Source of the DNA: Bacillota bacterium
GTDB lineage: Bacteria; Bacillota; JAAYKD01
Reading direction: 5' to 3'
Length of the DNA: 64,000 nucleotides
Assembly: GCA_963666425.2 (NCBI GenBank)
Contig: OY762825.2
Span: 2,432,001 to 2,496,000, forward strand
A model generated the notes under the pieces. It worked only from the letters and a program-made list of their open reading frames with translations, did no database searches and was not told the origin of the DNA. Shown one piece after another: positions 61,901-64,000 of this stretch. The position numbers and the translations under genes were made by a program. Position 1 is the first letter of the stretch. Each line of letters opens with the position of its first letter.

Positions 61901-64000
61901 AGCGGAGCAACGAATTCGCAGTACACGTTAACGGCTGCCGATTATGGCAAATTTATCAAAGTCGTCGCCACCGGCTCCGGCAGCTATGCCGGCAGTGTGG
62001 AGAATGCTGCTGTGAAAGGTGCCGTTGCCGCCTGCCCCATCACCGCGCTCGGCGATTTTACCGGTGCCTGCAATGTTGGACAAGCGCTCGTTGCGGGAGC
62101 AATTACTCCGTCCAATGCTACAGTAATCTATGAATGGTATATTTCAGATCAAAAGAAAGCTGATCCAAGCAGTTGGACTGTAATCGGCGCCACGACCGAC
62201 GCCATCGTGATTCCGGAGAATAAAATAGGTGCCGGTTCCGGTACGGATAATATTGGCTACTATATAAAAGTAGTGGTCACCGGCTCGGGTGCTTTCAGCG
62301 GCACGCAGTCAAAAGTGGTTGGACCGATAGGCAGTACGCTCAACCTGACTCCGCTGACTGCAATTGGGTCGATCATTGGTACAACAGCGCCAACACAGCT
62401 GGTCAGTGCAGGTAGTCTGACGCCGAACGGTGCCACGGTTACTTATCAATGGCTGCGCTGCCTGACTTCCGATGGAACTTATGAAACGATCACAGCTGCA
62501 ACTTCTGCTTCCTATACCATCCAAAATACGGATTTAGGTTACTATCTCAAGGTCAGCGCAACGGGAACCGGAGCTTATACCGGTATTGTGATTTCGGGCT
62601 TTAAGGGGCCGGTCATCGCACTCAGTCAAACGACGCCGATTACTGCCATTTCGGATATCCTTTATACCACTGCCCGCAACGTGACTTTGACCGCAGGCAC
62701 GGTGACGCCATTGCTGGCTACTGTGACCTATCAGTGGCAGGTCAGCAGCAGTATATCCGGCAGCTATACCGATATTGCCGGTGCGACAGCCAACACCTAT
62801 ACAATACCTTTGACTCAAACCTATGGCTATTATTTCAAAGTAAAAGCGACCGGTTCCGGTTCCTATACCGGCACCGTCACCAGCAATTATACCGGGCCAG
62901 TCGTAGAAACTCCTACTCCCCTGACCAGTGTTGCAATCAACGGTACGGCGCAGGCGGGACAGACTCTGACAGCCGCTGTACAGCCGACCAATGCCACCGT
63001 AACCTATCAGTGGCAGATTTCAACCACAGTCAATGGGACCTATACCGATCTAGCCGGAGCCACTGCTTCAACCTTCCTTGTCACGGTGGTAGAATACAAC
63101 TACTATCTGCGCGTTGTCGCCATCGGGTCCGGTGCCTATACCGGGACAGTGATCAGCGCTTCTACGGATCGCATCGCCGCTTTCCCGATTTCGGCCATGG
63201 CGCCGATCAGCGGAACAGCCACTGTGGGCAATACGATAACGGCGGGCGGCTTGACCCCGGCGGCGGCCACCGGGGTTTATCAATGGCAAATTTCCACTAC
63301 CGGCAATGCGGCTGACTTTACGGATCTAGCCGGGGCAACTAGTGCCACATTGGCGCTGAGCGCCAACGAACTTGGTCAATATCTGCGGGTTAGCCTGACC
63401 GGTTCCGGTGCCTATTCCGGCAGTTATATCAGCGCTGCCGTTGGACCGGTCGTCTATGCGGAAGCTGCACCGGTCGCCAGTAATGTCGGCAGCACCGGTT
63501 CGGCGCAAGTTGGTCAGACGATGAGTGGCTATTATACTTACAGCGATCTAAACGGCGATTTGCAGGGAACTTCGACTTACCGCTGGCTGGCGGACAATAC
63601 CGCGATCAGCGGCGCAACGGCAAATACCTACCTGATCACGACGGCTGAACTCGGCAAAACGATTCAATTTGAAGTAACCCCCATCGCGCTCAGCGGTACT
63701 TTGAGCGGTACGGCAGTCAGAAGTACTGCCAGCTGTGCGGTGGTGACAGCAGACGCCCCGCGGGCCAACAATGTCAGCATCAGCGGCAGCGCTTCGGTTG
63801 GACAAACCCTGACCGGTTCCTATACTTATAGCGACAGCAACAGCGACCCGGAAGCAACGAGTACTTTCCAATGGTATGCGAATGACACACTGATCAGTGG
63901 TGCGAACTCCCTCACTTACCTGTTGACTTTAGCGGAAAGCGGCAAGACCATCCGCTTTGAAGTAACACCTGCAGCGCAAAGCGGAACCTCTCCCGGCGCG
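55997..64000 (+). CDS. Giant Ig-like repeat surface protein/adhesin, 3'-truncated (>2660 aa); absent from the ORF track
   Basis: TTG 55997 follows AAGGAG; reads MTKPKWVRTMSAQKLILLLCALILSIFFISPAAARLSLSKYVLETKTYTISVA... The same frame gives repeat motifs at 60182 and at the window end (...FEVTPAAQSGTSPGA), and the track has no stop-terminated ORF in this frame. Confidence 0.88.
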   Translation, partial: MTKPKWVRTMSAQKLILLLCALILSIFFISPAAARLSLSKYVLETKTYTISVASAEQFPITAMAALQGTAQVGQLLTAGALTPADAMATATYQWFSCATVDGIYTEIIDATAASYTLTAAEYGKFIHVVVTGSGGYSGQLTSTAVGPVSAAPITIAALLEITVPVKGELPDQTVAANAEYTAAITWSPVDSPFKAYTIYTAAITITPNTGYTLTGVAEDFFTVAGAVASNAANSGAVTAVFPRTAPAVINLAAIAGVTPPMIGATPVGSITETDQYTASLTWSPAHSQFSADTIYTASITLTAKTGYTLTGVAQNFFTVAGAVATNAADSGVVTAVFPKTALVPISFSAIAGITAPVKGALPTTSVMATEQYTATISWSPADSPFKANTVYTATISLTPKTGYTLAGVAENFFTVAGATAANTANSGLITAVFPATAKESLTAIGLSGTATIGQQLTAVDLLPSGATATYQWQRSETIDGTYVDIAGATNTAYTLVLADKDNYLRVAASGSGNYSATVYSSPSAKVSGIALISINAITGTTRQYETLTAGSFSPTEATVSYQWLRSDSASGEYSEIAGATSSTYTLVFDDNNHYIKVRISGTGSYSGSVESVSSGPVVFAATAITAMAAINGTPYIGQTLTAGALTPAEATASYQWQQSTALNGTYTNISGATNSSYYLTAAALNQFYRVVATGSGTFSGTVSASIGPIKTAAQQITAIGAISGSTVSGQILTAGTLTPAEATVTYQWQRSDLSGSIYTDLAGATSASYTLSDADLNCYLKVVATGYGTYTGTVISARSGPVATSTQNITSIGAITGTAQVGSTLTAGAVAPTNATVTYQWQTADNLSGPYTDLSNATSSTYTVTAANFGKFLRVKVTGSGAYAATVNSDAVGSVTACPLISITNISGTAVTTYTVTAGTVAPAGATVSYQWRRYTSSDPAASYTVIGSNAAGYLLTAADENTYLRVAAIGTAAYTGTVLSNYIVPKANTGGITAITAIADSIGLTEVFQSLTAGTVTPYGATVTYQWYRCDTASGTYAVVNGATSKNYNILGIDKGYFFKVEATGSGSYSGTVWSRYAGPITAAPLSAIGSISGTATIGQVITAGSLTPSAATVNYQWQRSDLNGENYSDITGATSNTYTLTAGDENRYLKVTVTGFGYYSGTLTSLRTGPVLTNATPITALSAIDGIARVGQILNAGTTTPLGATVTYQWQRCSEINGVYSNISGATTATYTLTPSDLNQYIKLVVHGAGIYATPAEGISSTAFGPVAVCPITAVSNIIGKAEVDQILTAGTVTPYGATVSYQWQRYINGSYAAISGATASTYTLVTADNTYYIRVAVSGISGYSGTVYSNNTGPVGSPNAISSISAITGVTKVSQVLTAGTVLPYGASVSYQWQNSSEADGTYANISGATSSNYTLTTADYGKYLKVIAEGTGVYFGEVISTPTDLISKGSITAISNISGSTISGQTLTAGVVTPLGATVTYQWQRSDTSGSNYTNITDATANTYLLTNADVACYLRVLVTGSQSYESSVTSLPTAVISPSGTATTALISIAATGGTAGVGQTLTAGAVSPSNATVTYQWQRSAGASDSAYANISGATTSSYVLTAADFGKYVRPVATGSGTFSGSVNPSGTSITLKQLVTAGNITGTPAVGETVVAGVLTPADATVTYQWLRASKNGTTYSNIAGATGRSYTIVDADDDGYLKVLIVGTGAYETNPTAGLLSAAYGRIEPYPFKITAISAITGISQVGQLLHAGATTPYGAAVTYQWLRKVAGAETYAEIIGATASSYTTTSSDYHAYIKVIATGAGSFSGWVESAPTALIAAAPLTAIGGISGTVATGQIITAGLLTPVEATATYQWQRSDTSGANFSNIADATGSTYLLGASDLNCSLKVIATGTGSYTGTVTSSAAGPVSATFQSITSIGPITGTATVNQTLTAGAIVPTNASVTYQWKRADSSGGSYTAISGATNSQYTLTAADYGKFIKVVATGSGSYAGSVENAAVKGAVAACPITALGDFTGACNVGQALVAGAITPSNATVIYEWYISDQKKADPSSWTVIGATTDAIVIPENKIGAGSGTDNIGYYIKVVVTGSGAFSGTQSKVVGPIGSTLNLTPLTAIGSIIGTTAPTQLVSAGSLTPNGATVTYQWLRCLTSDGTYETITAATSASYTIQNTDLGYYLKVSATGTGAYTGIVISGFKGPVIALSQTTPITAISDILYTTARNVTLTAGTVTPLLATVTYQWQVSSSISGSYTDIAGATANTYTIPLTQTYGYYFKVKATGSGSYTGTVTSNYTGPVVETPTPLTSVAINGTAQAGQTLTAAVQPTNATVTYQWQISTTVNGTYTDLAGATASTFLVTVVEYNYYLRVVAIGSGAYTGTVISASTDRIAAFPISAMAPISGTATVGNTITAGGLTPAAATGVYQWQISTTGNAADFTDLAGATSATLALSANELGQYLRVSLTGSGAYSGSYISAAVGPVVYAEAAPVASNVGSTGSAQVGQTMSGYYTYSDLNGDLQGTSTYRWLADNTAISGATANTYLITTAELGKTIQFEVTPIALSGTLSGTAVRSTASCAVVTADAPRANNVSISGSASVGQTLTGSYTYSDSNSDPEATSTFQWYANDTLISGANSLTYLLTLAESGKTIRFEVTPAAQSGTSPGA
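56455..57310 (+). repeat. Three copies of a ~94-aa domain in the giant protein
   Basis: P..G..P...YTA.(I/L).WSP....F.A.T.YTA.I..T...GYTL.GVA..FFTVAGA.A.N.A.SG..TAVFP, three times. Confidence 0.8.
57315..64000 (+). repeat. About 24 diverged ~92-aa Ig-like repeats
   Basis: G...VGQ.LTAG..TP..ATV.YQW......Y..I.GAT...Y.L...D....L.V...G.G.Y.G recurs every ~270-315 bp (one further copy at ~56170-56450); the last two copies are a Y.YSD...D variant. Confidence 0.85.

Noticed and set aside
56222-63871. Numerous short ORFs on both strands
   Set aside because: All are off-frame or antisense to the continuous giant ORF starting at 55997.

Overview
64-kb chromosomal segment of an anaerobic Bacillota (Firmicutes; sigmaA-type promoters, AGGAGG RBSs, SLH proteins). 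No rRNA, tRNA, CRISPR array, integrase or transposase was recognised. In order: an SdpR/SdpI-like membrane-stress operon; a D-Ala-D-Ser (vanG-like) glycopeptide-resistance cluster vanR-vanS-vanG-vanXY-vanT whose VanT is only the soluble racemase domain; a MerR-regulated aldo/keto reductase-flavodoxin unit; membrane pyrophosphatase; phosphoketolase; a 3403-aa SLH surface protein with 18 near-identical 81-aa repeats; metabolic and transport genes (S10 peptidase, gamma-CA, NhaC, PaaK-like ligase + S51 peptidase, niaR-nadA-nadC, chromate-transporter pair + LysR with an apparent CTG start, mscL); and an uncharacterised four-gene envelope operon. The best candidate for an undescribed system is 50.4-64 kb. 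Two tandem promoter + c-di-GMP-I riboswitch modules precede an operon encoding SipW, two TasA-like SipW-substrate subunits, a membrane-anchored protein ending in a TasA-like domain, an HD-GYP enzyme, and a giant (>2660 aa) Ig-repeat protein missing from the ORF track that also has a SipW-type N-terminus. This suggests a c-di-GMP-controlled, donor-strand-assembled, membrane-anchored pilus with a giant tip adhesin. All calls rest on motif reading by eye; no searches were run.
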